Source: Williopsis jadinii
Taxonomy: Eukaryota
Assembly: GCA_024346625.1 (NCBI GenBank)
Contig: AP024664.1
Coordinates: 3,720,001 to 3,784,000 of the forward strand
Direction: 5' to 3'
Length of the DNA stretch: 64,000 bases
Positions within the stretch are counted from its first letter, which is position 1, and the number at the start of each line of letters is the position of its first letter. A program made the translations under genes and the position numbers. The notes under the pieces were generated by a model, which had not been told where the DNA came from, did not search any database, and saw nothing but the letters and a program-made list of their open reading frames with translations. Shown here in pieces: positions 22,382 to 32,989 of the stretch.

Positions 22382-23137
22382 TTTTCAGATATAATTGGAG
22401 ACCTGTTGCTTTTCTCACCAGAATTCAGGAACTGTGTACTGCTGACGATATATAACACGGGCTCCTCCTTCTTGCTCTTCACTGTATACTCCCTGGAAAG
22501 ATGATAGAGGGATTAGAAGGAAAGAGGGTGAAAAATTGTTCCAAGATGAGGATGGAAAAACTGTGCAAGAGAGAAGAGACGTCCCCCAAACTTTCCCGAA
22601 ACAGCTGGCCTAGTATCCTCCAGCTGGGAATAATTCACTAGGAATATGTGTCAACGGTGAAGACCACTGGACGCTGGTGGACTGCACACCCGAAAAGTCC
22701 GTCTAGCACAAGGACAATCGATGCTGTGGTGTGCTGGACAGAGGCCTAAGCAGCGTGACTTAATCCTCCAGAGAAGGTCCCTGCAGAATTTTATCGGGGG
22801 TAACACCTGGATTGGGGTGTACAGGAGGTCGGTGATAGTGGAGATGCCGGGGCTGTGGTGGGTGCGTGGTGTTAACACCTGGTCCGGTATGCTGTTGTTG
22901 TGGTGGTTACAGTGGCGGTTACAGTGGTGGTGTTCCACTCGTGTGAGTAGACGGTACATCGTGTGTTCCGGTGGGGTCTATCTGTGTGCTGTCAGTGAAG
23001 GGTGCACTAGGTGAAATGTTACTGGAGAGGGTGTAGTATTGTGAGTGCGTGGCTAGAACTGCTTCTTACGTATGCGATGCCGGGCTACGCTGCTACCTGC
23101 TGTTGGGATCTCTGTCCCTGAGATCTGTGCCGTCTGA

Positions 23138-23863
23138 TTACTTATTGCTTGTATAGTGGAATCTTTCACTTCCGGTGCTGGTCTCGTCTCTGTGCCTGTG
23201 CTCTCTGCGCTCACCATGGCTATGTCTTTCGCCTCTGCGGTCATCATGTCTATGTCTCTCACCTCTGCGCTCACCATGGCTATGTCTTTCGCCTCTGCGG
23301 TCATCACCTCTGTGTCTCTCACCTCTGTGTCTCTCCTCTCTGCGCTCGCCATCTCTGGACCTATGCTCCCTACTGCGTGATCCATCCCTACGCTCTTTCA
23401 GCAGCCTCAGTCTCAGAGCCTGTTGTTGTCGTATCTTAACCATGGGGTCATCTCTGCTCATACTCAGTTCCTGTTGCTGAGACGGAATCGACGCTCCATG
23501 GTCTTGTAACTTATCAAACCCTTGTTTAGACTCTTTGACCTTGGCATTCACAATCAATTGATCGACCCTTTTCTTGCCCAATAGGTACTCGTCATCGCCA
23601 TCACCACCGTCGGCTGCGCCCCCGCTGCCAACCTTAGACGTGTCGTACATCCATTCAACCCTGTCTTGAACCTTCTTGCCACCGTTGGCATGTTGTAACC
23701 CCCGAAGCTCAGCAAGCTCCCTCTGTTTACTAATCTCCTCTTGCCTCTCTTGAATCTTCTTACGCTCAGAAAGGGCCTCCTGCTCAGCTTCCCATACTTT
23801 CTTCTGGTTCTTCAACAAACCAGGATGCCACGACTTCTTGAGATTGAGATTACCAGGCGCCAT
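23138..23863 (-). CDS. CWC25: Pre-mRNA splicing factor Cwc25
   Basis: GNLNLKKSWHP, VEWMY, EYLLGKKRVD, RDDPMVKI; R/H/D-rich tail; synteny with SUI1 and SLA2. Confidence 0.93.
   Translation of the reverse strand: MAPGNLNLKKSWHPGLLKNQKKVWEAEQEALSERKKIQERQEEISKQRELAELRGLQHANGGKKVQDRVEWMYDTSKVGSGGAADGGDGDDEYLLGKKRVDQLIVNAKVKESKQGFDKLQDHGASIPSQQQELSMSRDDPMVKIRQQQALRLRLLKERRDGSRSREHRSRDGERREERHRGERHRGDDRRGERHSHGERRGERHRHDDRRGERHSHGERREHRHRDETSTGSERFHYTSNK
23188..23345. repeat. 60-bp coding tandem repeat (with 15/30-bp subunits) in the CWC25 tail
   Basis: ctctgcgctcaccatggctatgtctttcgcctctgcggtcatca occurs at 23203 and 23263 and encodes DDRRGERHSHGERR repeats. Confidence 0.85.
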
Positions 23864-24329
23864 CGTACTGTATCCACTTGTCAACGCTCTTACTTCGTTT
23901 CCTTGTTGAAAGAAGCTCAGCGCTTGCTCATCGGCTTCATTTGTGCCATCGGAATAAAATTAGCATCACATCCAAACACCAACAGAGTATCTCGCAATCG
24001 CCTGGTGATAAGATGATCAACTTCTATGGGAAGATGATTTGACGGGCTCTACAGCAACAGATATAGCAAAGTCTACAACTGTATTGACATTATATAGATA
24101 CAGACAGGTATAGTCGTCATCTAAGCTGAAAAAAAATAAAGAAAAAAAGAAAAAACACAGTGATAAGAAGAAAATGCCACGGAAGGGTTGAACATACAGT
24201 ACAATTCCTTAAGTACCCGGGAGTCTATTGATACACTTGTAAAGCTTATATCCATCAGACACGCGAGCACTACACCACGTAGCACAAGAGCCGATTCCAC
24301 TCCCTGAACAGATATCCACCAGGGTCAGT

Positions 24330-24656
24330 TTAGAAACCGTGGATCTTGATGTTCTTCTTTGGAAGTGCCAACTGGGTTGTCAAGAACTCCATAACTTTGA
24401 CTCTTTGATCTCCTTGCAATTGGATAACCTCACCAAGCTCATCGTCCTTGACAATGTTACCGTTACAGGCAAAGTCCTTCTTCAAAACCTTCAAGATTCT
24501 CTTCAAATCGTACTCATCTGGAACACCTTGGACTGTAGTTAACGTCTTACGACCGTTTCTCTGCTGAATACGGATGTGGATGTAGTTAGTTGGTTGAGTG
24601 TCGTCGTCACCAGTGTCGGCGAAAGGATCGAATGTGTTCAAGTTCTGAAGACTCAT
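24330..24656 (-). CDS. SUI1: Translation initiation factor eIF1
   Basis: FDPFADTG, IHIRIQQRNGRKTLTTVQG, DFACNG, IQLQGDQR, NIKIHGF. Confidence 0.99.
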   Translation of the reverse strand: MSLQNLNTFDPFADTGDDDTQPTNYIHIRIQQRNGRKTLTTVQGVPDEYDLKRILKVLKKDFACNGNIVKDDELGEVIQLQGDQRVKVMEFLTTQLALPKKNIKIHGF

Positions 24657-25298
24657 ATAAATGTGACCGAGTTTGCACTGAAGAACTAATACTAGAACAA
24701 CTAAACAAATACGTTGAAGTGTCTTCTAGGACAAGGGGAGCGGGAAGGAAGAGAGAACGAAAGAGAGAATTTTGCAGTCGAAGATGAGCCCAAGGAAAAA
24801 AAACAACAAACAAACACAGCACAAAGCAAACATCCGTACACCGGATGGTGGTTGTGGCAGGGTAATGGCATAAACTACGAAAGCGTTCTGAAACAAGGAA
24901 ACTACCACATTTGGATATTTAATTTGGGTTTTCTCCCCTGCGCCGCCTACGATCGGTACACGGATTTTTGTCTCGAACCCCTCGGCAGAAACGATATTTC
25001 ACTCAGATTTGTAGATTTACAGGTCTGGAGCTCTGAACATCGCTATTTTACACACAATTGACACGAACAAGAGAGCCTGATTCCCTTTGGCGTGTGCTAA
25101 CAGTGAGTGCCCTTTAGCTACTGTTTGATTGCCACACGATTGAATCATACCATGTGGCTTGAAGGGGCGCCCCTGGTGTTGATCACTCCGCTTAGTCCTC
25201 CGTTATATCCCCTTTAGAATTTCCCCCTTGGGAGTTATATGGAGATTCAATTGTGTACGATTTGGCAACAGGGGGAACGTACTAACAATAGAGAAGAG

Positions 25299-28200
25299 AT
25301 GTCTAAAGTCATTTCTGATTCAGAGCTGGCAACGAGTGTTAAGAAGGCGACTTCTGTCGACGAGACTGCTCCAAAGAGAAAGCACGTCAGATGCTGTATC
25401 GTCTACACATGGGACCACAAGTCTGCGCGTGCGTTCTTCAACCAGCTGAAGTCTTTACCAATCCAAGGTGATGAGGTCCAGCTGTTCAAGGCCTTGATCA
25501 CTTTACACAAGGTGCTGCAAGAAGGCCATCAATCGGCTTTGAAGGAGGCGATTAAAAACATGGACTGGATCGATAGTTTGGGTAGATCTGTCCACGGTGA
25601 TGGATTCAAAGGGTATGGCCGATTGATCAAGGAGTACGTCATTTATCTCTTGAAGAAGTTGTCCTTCCACAGAAACCACAGGGGTTTCAACGGAACTTTT
25701 GAGTACGAAGAGTACGTCTCTCTAGTCACCGTGGAGAATCCAGATGAAGGCTATGAAGCAATCTTGGATTTGATGGCTTTACAGGATTCTTTGGACGATT
25801 TCCAAAGAATGATCTTTTCAAGCATCTCCCATGATAGAAAGTCTGAGTGTAAGATCTCTGCCCTGGTTCCATTGGTTGCGGAATCTTACGGTATCTACAA
25901 GTTTATCACCTCTATGCTGAGAGCGATTTATCGCTCAACAGGGTCCGACGATGCCCTCGAACCTCTAAGACAACGCTATGACTCACAACACTCAAGATTG
26001 TTTGAGTTCTACGCTGATTGTTCCTCTATCCGTTACTTGACATCTCTCATCACCATTCCAAGATTACCTGAAACACCACCAAACTTGTTCATCACTGATG
26101 ACGATGATAACAGCAGCGTTGCAAGACCACAGTCTCGTCAAACCGTGGAAACGAATGAACCAACTCCGGAACCTTTATCTGCTCAGCCAACAATGGCACC
26201 GTTCCAACAGCCAATTGCAACACAACCAACAGGTGTTGACTTTTGGAATACTCAGCAAAACGTCTACGAAGCTGAACAGGCTCGTCTTGCAGAACAGTAT
26301 CAGCAACAGGCTTTGGCTCAACAACAAGCTGCTGAACAGCAGAGAATGCTATTCGAAGAACAACAGAGACAACAAGCTGAACAACAGAGATTGGCTCAGG
26401 AGCAATTACTCAGAGAACAATTGCAAAATCAGGCACAAGGACGTGTTGCAGAGCTGGAACGTGATCTACTCACGATGAGACAACAGTATGAGAATGATCA
26501 ATTGTTGTTGCAGCAATATGATCAAAGGGTTAAGGCATTGGAGCAGGAAATTGCCACAACCACGGAATCTGCAACTCAGCAGATTGGTTCAAAGGATGAA
26601 CTCATCAACAACTTACAAGAACAGCTAACACTGTGGAAGAATAAGTACGATTCTCTGGCTAAATTGTACTCGCAATTGAGACAAGAGCATTTGACGTTGT
26701 TGAACAAGTTCAAGAAACTTCAACAGAAGGCTGCTTCTGCACAGGAAGCGATAGAACGTCGTGAGAAGCTAGAAAAGGATCTAAAGTCAAAAAATGTTGA
26801 ACTCGCTGGTCTTATTAGAGAACGTGATAGAGCTAGATTGGATTTGGAGAAGTTCAAAGGTGGTAAAGACAACGAAGTTGATCAGTTGGAATTGAAAGTT
26901 AGAGACTTAACTCTGAAATTAGACGACGCTGAGAGATCCCAGTCTTCAAACTTGTCATCTATCTTTGCTCAACACAAGAAGGAAATTGATGAACTTCAAA
27001 GCAAGTTGGAGCAACAATCTCGTTCGATCCATCCAGATCTGGAACAGAAACTCAAGGAAAAGGAGGAAGAGATTGAAATCATGCAACAGACAATGGATGA
27101 TGCATTGGAAGAACTTGCTGCTGCTCAAAATTCTAATGATGCAGCGATTAATGAACAAATTGATGACGTTTTAATTGATCATCTGACCAAGTTGACATCC
27201 CTTGTGGATGCTATCTTGGCTTCTGGTATCAAGCGTATCCAAGATGCACTTTATGAATTGGATTCTCCAATGCAAACTGGTAATCAAAACTCATCACCAG
27301 AGTATCTTTTATCCGTCATCGAAAAGGGCTCATCTGCTGCGACAGATTTCTGTACTTCTTTCAACGATTTCATCGCCGATGGTCCAAATGGTGATCATTC
27401 TGAAATCATTAGATCGCTCAACGAGTTTACCAGTTCCATCAACGATATTTTGATGAACGTTAAAGGTATCGTAAGGCTGGCAAAGTCCGATGCACAGGCT
27501 GATAAATTGGTTGAAACCGGTAGAGCTACTGCAGAGGTGTCTGAAGATTTCCTGATCTCTTTACTATCGGACGTATTAGAAGGAACCGATGAGGAGAAGA
27601 CAGATGTTGTGATTAATGGAAATGTCAAAGTCCAAGAGAAGTTACAAATCTTGACAGACTTAGCCGATGATTTGGCTCCAAGATCCACTTTAAAGCACGT
27701 TTCTGGTGACTTGGGAGAAGTGGTTGATTCTGAATTGAACAACGCAGCAAATGCAATTGCGTCAGCAGCCACTCAACTTAGTGGGTTGTTATCGCAGCCA
27801 CAGGATGCTTCAGTCTCGAAGATTGATTTCGATATCAACAAGGCCATTCTTTCTGCAGCTGTTGCTGTTACCAATGCCATTTCTATCTTGATCAATGCAG
27901 CTATCGATACTCAGAATGAAATCGTCGCCCAGAACAAAGGCTCAGGAACAAGAGCTCAGTTTTACAAAAAGCACAATAGATGGACCGAAGGTCTTATTTC
28001 AGCTGCTAAAGCCGTTGCTGCTTCAACAAAGATTTTGATTGAGACTGCAGATGGTGTTTTGAAGGCTAAGAACTCACATGAAGAGTTAATCGTGGCATCC
28101 AACGAAGTTGCTGCAGCTACAGCACAACTAGTTGCTGCTTCAAGAGTGAAGGCTACATTCATGTCAAAGACTCAAGATAAGCTGGAAAATGCCTCGAAGA

Positions 28201-28439
28201 CTGTGACTTCAGCTTGTAGAACCTTGGTTACCCAAGTTCAAGATATCTTGGATAAGAGAGCAAACGGAGGATCCGATGAAGTTGATTACTCTAAACTCAC
28301 AAATCATGAGAATAAGACAATGGAAATGGAACAACAAGTTGAAATTCTAAAATTGGAAAATGCATTGAATGCTGCTAGAAAGAGATTGGGAGAGATTAGA
28401 AAGTATGGTTACAGAGAAGGTGATAGCGATGAAGAGTAG
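25299..28439 (+). CDS. SLA2: Sla2/End4 endocytic adaptor (ANTH, coiled coil, THATCH)
   Basis: KATSVDETAPKRKHVR, FNGTFEYEEY, FYKKHNRWTEGLISAAKAVA, EMEQQVEILKLE; TACTAAC-AATAG just before ATG 25299 suggests a 5'-UTR intron (possible donor GTGAGT at 25103). Confidence 0.97.
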   Translation: MSKVISDSELATSVKKATSVDETAPKRKHVRCCIVYTWDHKSARAFFNQLKSLPIQGDEVQLFKALITLHKVLQEGHQSALKEAIKNMDWIDSLGRSVHGDGFKGYGRLIKEYVIYLLKKLSFHRNHRGFNGTFEYEEYVSLVTVENPDEGYEAILDLMALQDSLDDFQRMIFSSISHDRKSECKISALVPLVAESYGIYKFITSMLRAIYRSTGSDDALEPLRQRYDSQHSRLFEFYADCSSIRYLTSLITIPRLPETPPNLFITDDDDNSSVARPQSRQTVETNEPTPEPLSAQPTMAPFQQPIATQPTGVDFWNTQQNVYEAEQARLAEQYQQQALAQQQAAEQQRMLFEEQQRQQAEQQRLAQEQLLREQLQNQAQGRVAELERDLLTMRQQYENDQLLLQQYDQRVKALEQEIATTTESATQQIGSKDELINNLQEQLTLWKNKYDSLAKLYSQLRQEHLTLLNKFKKLQQKAASAQEAIERREKLEKDLKSKNVELAGLIRERDRARLDLEKFKGGKDNEVDQLELKVRDLTLKLDDAERSQSSNLSSIFAQHKKEIDELQSKLEQQSRSIHPDLEQKLKEKEEEIEIMQQTMDDALEELAAAQNSNDAAINEQIDDVLIDHLTKLTSLVDAILASGIKRIQDALYELDSPMQTGNQNSSPEYLLSVIEKGSSAATDFCTSFNDFIADGPNGDHSEIIRSLNEFTSSINDILMNVKGIVRLAKSDAQADKLVETGRATAEVSEDFLISLLSDVLEGTDEEKTDVVINGNVKVQEKLQILTDLADDLAPRSTLKHVSGDLGEVVDSELNNAANAIASAATQLSGLLSQPQDASVSKIDFDINKAILSAAVAVTNAISILINAAIDTQNEIVAQNKGSGTRAQFYKKHNRWTEGLISAAKAVAASTKILIETADGVLKAKNSHEELIVASNEVAAATAQLVAASRVKATFMSKTQDKLENASKTVTSACRTLVTQVQDILDKRANGGSDEVDYSKLTNHENKTMEMEQQVEILKLENALNAARKRLGEIRKYGYREGDSDEE

Positions 28440-28569
28440 GATATACCGGCTGTATACGTGATTATCGTCTTACTGATTCGATATATCTTGAAATCACATG
28501 TTCAACATAAACATATAAGTTATGAATGTAGTGTTTATTTTGATATTCTTATCATGCACCCGTCATGTA

Positions 28570-29379
28570 CTAGTTATATGAGTTATCTTTTAAGTTTGGA
28601 TCAATATTCTCATCAGGGTCGGCTAAAAAAATACTGAAATCACTATCAGATTGCATCACATCAACAATCCTATTGAAAGGGGTATCAATAGGAATCTCAT
28701 ACTGGCCCGCAGTTAATACGGAGGTCAACACTGAATGTGTGGCCATACTGCGACTCCAGTCGTTTCTTTCACCAGTGAGACCATCTTTGACGATTAAAAA
28801 CCAAGAAACAAATGAGAGGCATGGGTTAAGTTTTCTTTGAATATTATATTCAGCAGCATATCTGCTCCAGCTCTCGTTTAGCTCCTCATTTTCGGCCCAA
28901 ACCTTTGAAAGCACTGTTGAGAGTTCTCTTTGCGAGTCGGGCGCAAAGATGTCTTGCGTATAAAACGCACGGAACGCCATGAATCCATTGATTGTTCTTT
29001 TTGCCAGACTTTCTCTGCCTGTGTCTTCTTTAGACTTTCCAACGGATGAGACCACTCCTGTTAATCTTTTAACCCTTTTTTTGGGTGGGTAATTCTTGGG
29101 AATAGTTTGAAGAGATCTTAAATGGTCGAGAAGTTCTTGCAGGTATAGTGGAATAATGGGAGGATCAGGTAGCTCACTAACTGAAAACGTGATAAATTGT
29201 GTTGTCTGCACTTGGGAACACGAGGTCTCATTTTGAGGGACAACGTTCTTACTATGGGTATTTTCAGTAACATACTTACTTTGTCTTATACAAGATCTTT
29301 TGGAAGCTCTAAACTTTGAGAAGCTTCCTATTTTGTCTTTGAAAATGCATTTTGAGTTCAGCTGAGATCTCTTCCCCAT
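28570..29379 (-). CDS. MATALPHA1: Mating-type protein alpha1 (alpha-box)
   Basis: KRTINGFMAFRAFYTQ...SQRELSTVLSKVW...WSRYAAEYN alpha-box; convergent with the SLA2 3' end as at other yeast MAT loci; first ATG at 29379. Confidence 0.93.
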   Translation of the reverse strand: MGKRSQLNSKCIFKDKIGSFSKFRASKRSCIRQSKYVTENTHSKNVVPQNETSCSQVQTTQFITFSVSELPDPPIIPLYLQELLDHLRSLQTIPKNYPPKKRVKRLTGVVSSVGKSKEDTGRESLAKRTINGFMAFRAFYTQDIFAPDSQRELSTVLSKVWAENEELNESWSRYAAEYNIQRKLNPCLSFVSWFLIVKDGLTGERNDWSRSMATHSVLTSVLTAGQYEIPIDTPFNRIVDVMQSDSDFSIFLADPDENIDPNLKDNSYN

Positions 29380-30126
29380 GATCAAAGTCTTTGAAAAGTG
29401 GTAAAACCTATTTGGTCCTTCTTCAAAAAATTGGTCAACAGAAACATAAGGTTAAATTAGTTTATATCAAACAGCCAACAGCTCTTTTATTAATATACCC
29501 CCCGGTAGAGTCCTAGCATGTATAAGTGTAGCCTCAAAAACTTTCGCTTGGAATATCAGTTAAGTTCCGAAAATTTCCAATCCTATTTTTGCTAACTAGG
29601 CAATCCAGGACAATTGATAGATTCATTTTATAGCGTACAGGCAGTATTAGTCATTATGTATGCGTAGCCAAAGGTAATATAACACCAGTAATTATACTGG
29701 CCTGAATCATGCTGTTCAACAATATAATCCATTGACTCAATTACACAGGGTGCGGATTGTTAAGTTATATGTGTTTTCCTGGTGCATGAAAATCAGCAAG
29801 CTCAATCTACAAAAATGTCGGTAAATTTGATAGTCATCACACAGAGGTTTGGGTATACCTTAACGTGATCTCCTAGACTAGTAAACTAGAGTCCTACGGA
29901 GACAGAGAAAAGAATGCTACATACAGTCGAAGAAATACACACAATAATTTTATGATTTGTCAAATTAAGGTCTGAAATTGATCAGAAATGGGAACATATA
30001 ATCATAGTAATAGCTAGTCATCTCAGTTTTCTACCAGTTCATGAATTGACTCTTCTCTCTAGCCAGTGATCAGTGTAATAAAAGTGATATTCCATTGAAA
30101 AAGTAATACATAGAAATAGTGATCTT

Positions 30127-31094
30127 TCATGGTGATGACTCATCTAAGAGATCACATAACTCATTTGAGACAAGGCCGCCTCGTTCTTTTCGTCTATTTT
30201 CAACAAATGTTAGAAAAAAAAGATCAAACAGAAATAAGATCATTTGACTTACCTCTTATTAGAAAGCCTAATGAAAAGGGTCAGTATGAGAAGATGGATG
30301 ATTGTGTTGTTGTGAGTATAATATCAAAAACATACCAGTTCTTGATTTGAATCTTCGAAAGACCTGTTTCGCCCATCAGGGACAATAACATGGAATCACT
30401 GAGATATGGTCGGTCACAGTTTTTGGAGTACCTATCAAGGGGTTAGTTATCAGTGGGGTTTGACTCAAGAAGGATAAACTTACCATTGCTCAAGCACTGC
30501 GACTTTGGATCTTTCAAGTCTTTTGCGTTTCCCTATGAACGAACCATTTTTGTTCATCATGTCCTGAGTAACAATTTTAAACAGCATGGAATCAGAATCA
30601 GAAGTAGAACTAAGATGTCTTAAAAATCTGTTAGTTTCATCATTCAAGAACTTTGCCTCCTTTACAAGAAGCAACAATTTTCTTGCTTGGGCATCTACGT
30701 CAATGAAGTAATCCCTGTGCTCCTCTAATAAATCAGTTTGCTGGGATTGAACATCAATAAGTCGCTAGAACGTCAGTATGCGAAGAGCACATAGTCAAAA
30801 AAACATACTCACCTCCATGATTATTGACAGCTCATCGTTGAGATCTTCAGAGTGGAAATCTGGTGTCGTGCGTAGAAGATCCAACATTTGATTAAGGGAC
30901 AATTTGATTGATTCAATACTAAAGCGTAGTTAGCAAAGCTAAAACTTGTTCTCAATCCTTTTTCATTACCCTGGTATAAGGATTGATTAAAGAACAACTT
31001 ACTCCTGTAAGAGCTGTTCAGGATCTCTTCTTTTTGATCCGTCAGAAAGCAATGAGGTGATTGAACACTTATCCTGAATCGAAGAGTTTTCCAT
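30127..31094 (-). CDS. MATALPHA2: Mating-type homeodomain protein alpha2; 6 exons (31094-31003, 30918-30813, 30764-30484, 30431-30336, 30267-30253, 30193-30127), 218 aa
   Basis: Five introns with GTAAGT/GTGAGT/GTATGT donors, CTRAC branch points and TAG acceptors give a 657-nt open frame; homeodomain KRKRLERSKVAVLEQWYSKNCDRPYLSDSMLLSLMGETGLSKIQIKNWLSNKRRKER plus the tail VSNELCDLL match alpha2. Confidence 0.93.
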
Positions 31095-32024
31095 AACTGT
31101 TCTGTTTAAAGACAAAGAGAGGTTATTGAGAAATGGCAACCTGTTTCCGTTTCGAAGTTTGGAGATTACATCTTAAGTTGTAACTTCTAAGTTATATGTT
31201 CAAGTTGCAGATATCGCGCTAATGTATTTTCGATTGGTGCGTGGCCCAACGAAACTTACAGAACTGTGGTTCTTTTGGAATTTTGAGAGATATGAAAGCT
31301 ACGATTATTATTATATCATTCAAATTAATAATGAAGTCTTGAACTTATACCTGATCAATACTTTTATATTTACAGATATTGTACTTTGGTAAATTGTCAA
31401 TCTGTATAATAAGAATAAATTGTAGAATGATGTGCAATATAAGACTTTAACAAGTTCCAAGTTGCAAGTAAACTTGCAGCTTGTATGGGTTTTACAGTAA
31501 TTAATCATTTATACCGTTAAATCCTAACACCATATGCTGCTCAGCGTCAGAGGCTCAAGCATGAAGCTGTGTAATAAACGTTGATATGACTCCATTAGAC
31601 CATGTCTCTGACTCATGGCTCATGATTCACATACCATAGTTTACTTTCAATCTATTACTTTTTTTTTCTTTCTTCGTTACTAGATGTCTTCACCCCTTCG
31701 CTATATACGATACGATTTTTTTCGTATTTCCGGAAGTTAAATACAGAAATGTAGTTTTCTGTTAACAAAATCATATGGGTTTTACGTATTAACTACAGTT
31801 TTTAATTATCCGGCACACAACAAGAATTTACAATTCGACTGACCGATATCCAACAAGCCTGGATCTAAAAAAAGTCATATGATACAATATACATGGTACA
31901 TCATGTACAATCACTTTTGTATTTGGTAATAAGATAAATCTATGCTCTTGAAAGTAATGCTTTCGTATAAGATTTGTTTTAACTGCGTCACAAGTCTTAA
32001 ACAACTGGAAGTTCTACATAATTC

Positions 32025-32474
32025 ATGAAACATATGAAACAAAGTTCTGACTGTAAACAGTGGATAGCATGTAAAAACGACATATCTCGAAACCGGTTTG
32101 TTGCTCATTTGGTGAAAGCCATTTATCACTGAAATGAACCTTTGACTGATAACGAAGAATAAAGCTCATGTATTGGCTTCCAGACGGATGAGGACATTTG
32201 ATTCATAAGATATGCAGGAACATTATTTTTACCAGCTGAGTATAGAATGGAATGAAAGAGGTGAGATGAAAACGGAGAACTGCGTTGTTCTCAAATACAT
32301 GACTTCAAGGTACTGATAGCTGCAGATATTATGGATCACATAATTACCAACTCAAAAGATGACACATCAAAAGATGACACATCAAAAAATGACATATCAA
32401 AAAGACAAACGAAACAAAACCATGTGATGAAAAGGCTTAAACCGTGTATTTAAAGGGGATGATATCCTGTTTCA
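32025..32474. promoter_or_regulatory. Three consensus pheromone response elements (Ste12 sites) upstream of the HMG-box gene
   Basis: ATGAAACA at 32025-32032 and 32034-32041 (head-to-tail), TGTTTCA at 32468-32474. Confidence 0.65.
32352..32403. repeat. 15-bp tandem repeat x3 in the HMG gene promoter
   Basis: tcaaaagatgacaca tcaaaagatgacaca tcaaaaaatgacata tcaaaaa. Confidence 0.85.
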
Positions 32475-32551
32475 GTTGCTGATTCACTTTTTATTGTGTC
32501 CATAAGACAGTCATAGTTGAAAAATAAGCTAACTAACCATACCTTTCACAA

Positions 32552-32989
32552 ATGTCGAAGCAACGTATGCTTGCAAAGGTCGTCTTAAATGATGCCAAAC
32601 ACACAATAAGTGCACTCTCTCAGGTTAAAGTTACACCTCCTGTTTTCACTCGAGAGTATAATGATATGGGTAACGGTAGAAGCGAGATCATTAAATCCTT
32701 GATTGATGACTTGGTGAAGGATATCTCACGTGTTAGTATCGGCATCCAAGCTTTACAAGTTAATTTGAACTTGGATGTGTCTCCAATTCAATTTTCTACA
32801 AGACCTGTTAGGAAGAAAACATTGTACAATACTTGGTATAAAGATAATTTTTCGAACTGTAAAGAGGAGCACCCAGAATGGGACGCTACTAGAATCACGA
32901 AGAAGCTTGTTCGCGATTGGAGGGAGTTCTCCGATGACGACAAGGAAGCTTTGGAGATCGAGTATGGTTTCAAAAGTAAGACCGAATAG
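32552..32989 (+). CDS. 145-aa protein with a C-terminal HMG box; not a recognisable MATa2
   Basis: PVRKKTLYNTWYKDNFSNCKEEHPEWDATRITKKLVRDWREFSDDDKEALEIEY fits the HMG-box pattern; good ATG context (acaaATG); predicted amphipathic helix N-terminal to the box. Confidence 0.75.
   Translation: MSKQRMLAKVVLNDAKHTISALSQVKVTPPVFTREYNDMGNGRSEIIKSLIDDLVKDISRVSIGIQALQVNLNLDVSPIQFSTRPVRKKTLYNTWYKDNFSNCKEEHPEWDATRITKKLVRDWREFSDDDKEALEIEYGFKSKTE

Noticed and set aside
26900..28439. AT drift at the SLA2 3' end as a MAT recombination-suppression signal
   Set aside because: Other genes here (SHE3, MPA43) show the same GC-rich 5' to AT-rich 3' trend, so it is not MAT-specific.
31530..31634. Possible minus-strand intron (GTATGT at 31634) hinting at a hidden gene between alpha2 and the HMG gene
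   Set aside because: Weak branch point and no plausible coding exons recognised on either side.
32552..32989. Calling the HMG ORF MATa2
   Set aside because: It lacks the PRPxNxFIxFR-type MATA box start, the box is C-terminal, and no a1 is seen. Left unnamed, though a very diverged a2 cannot be excluded.
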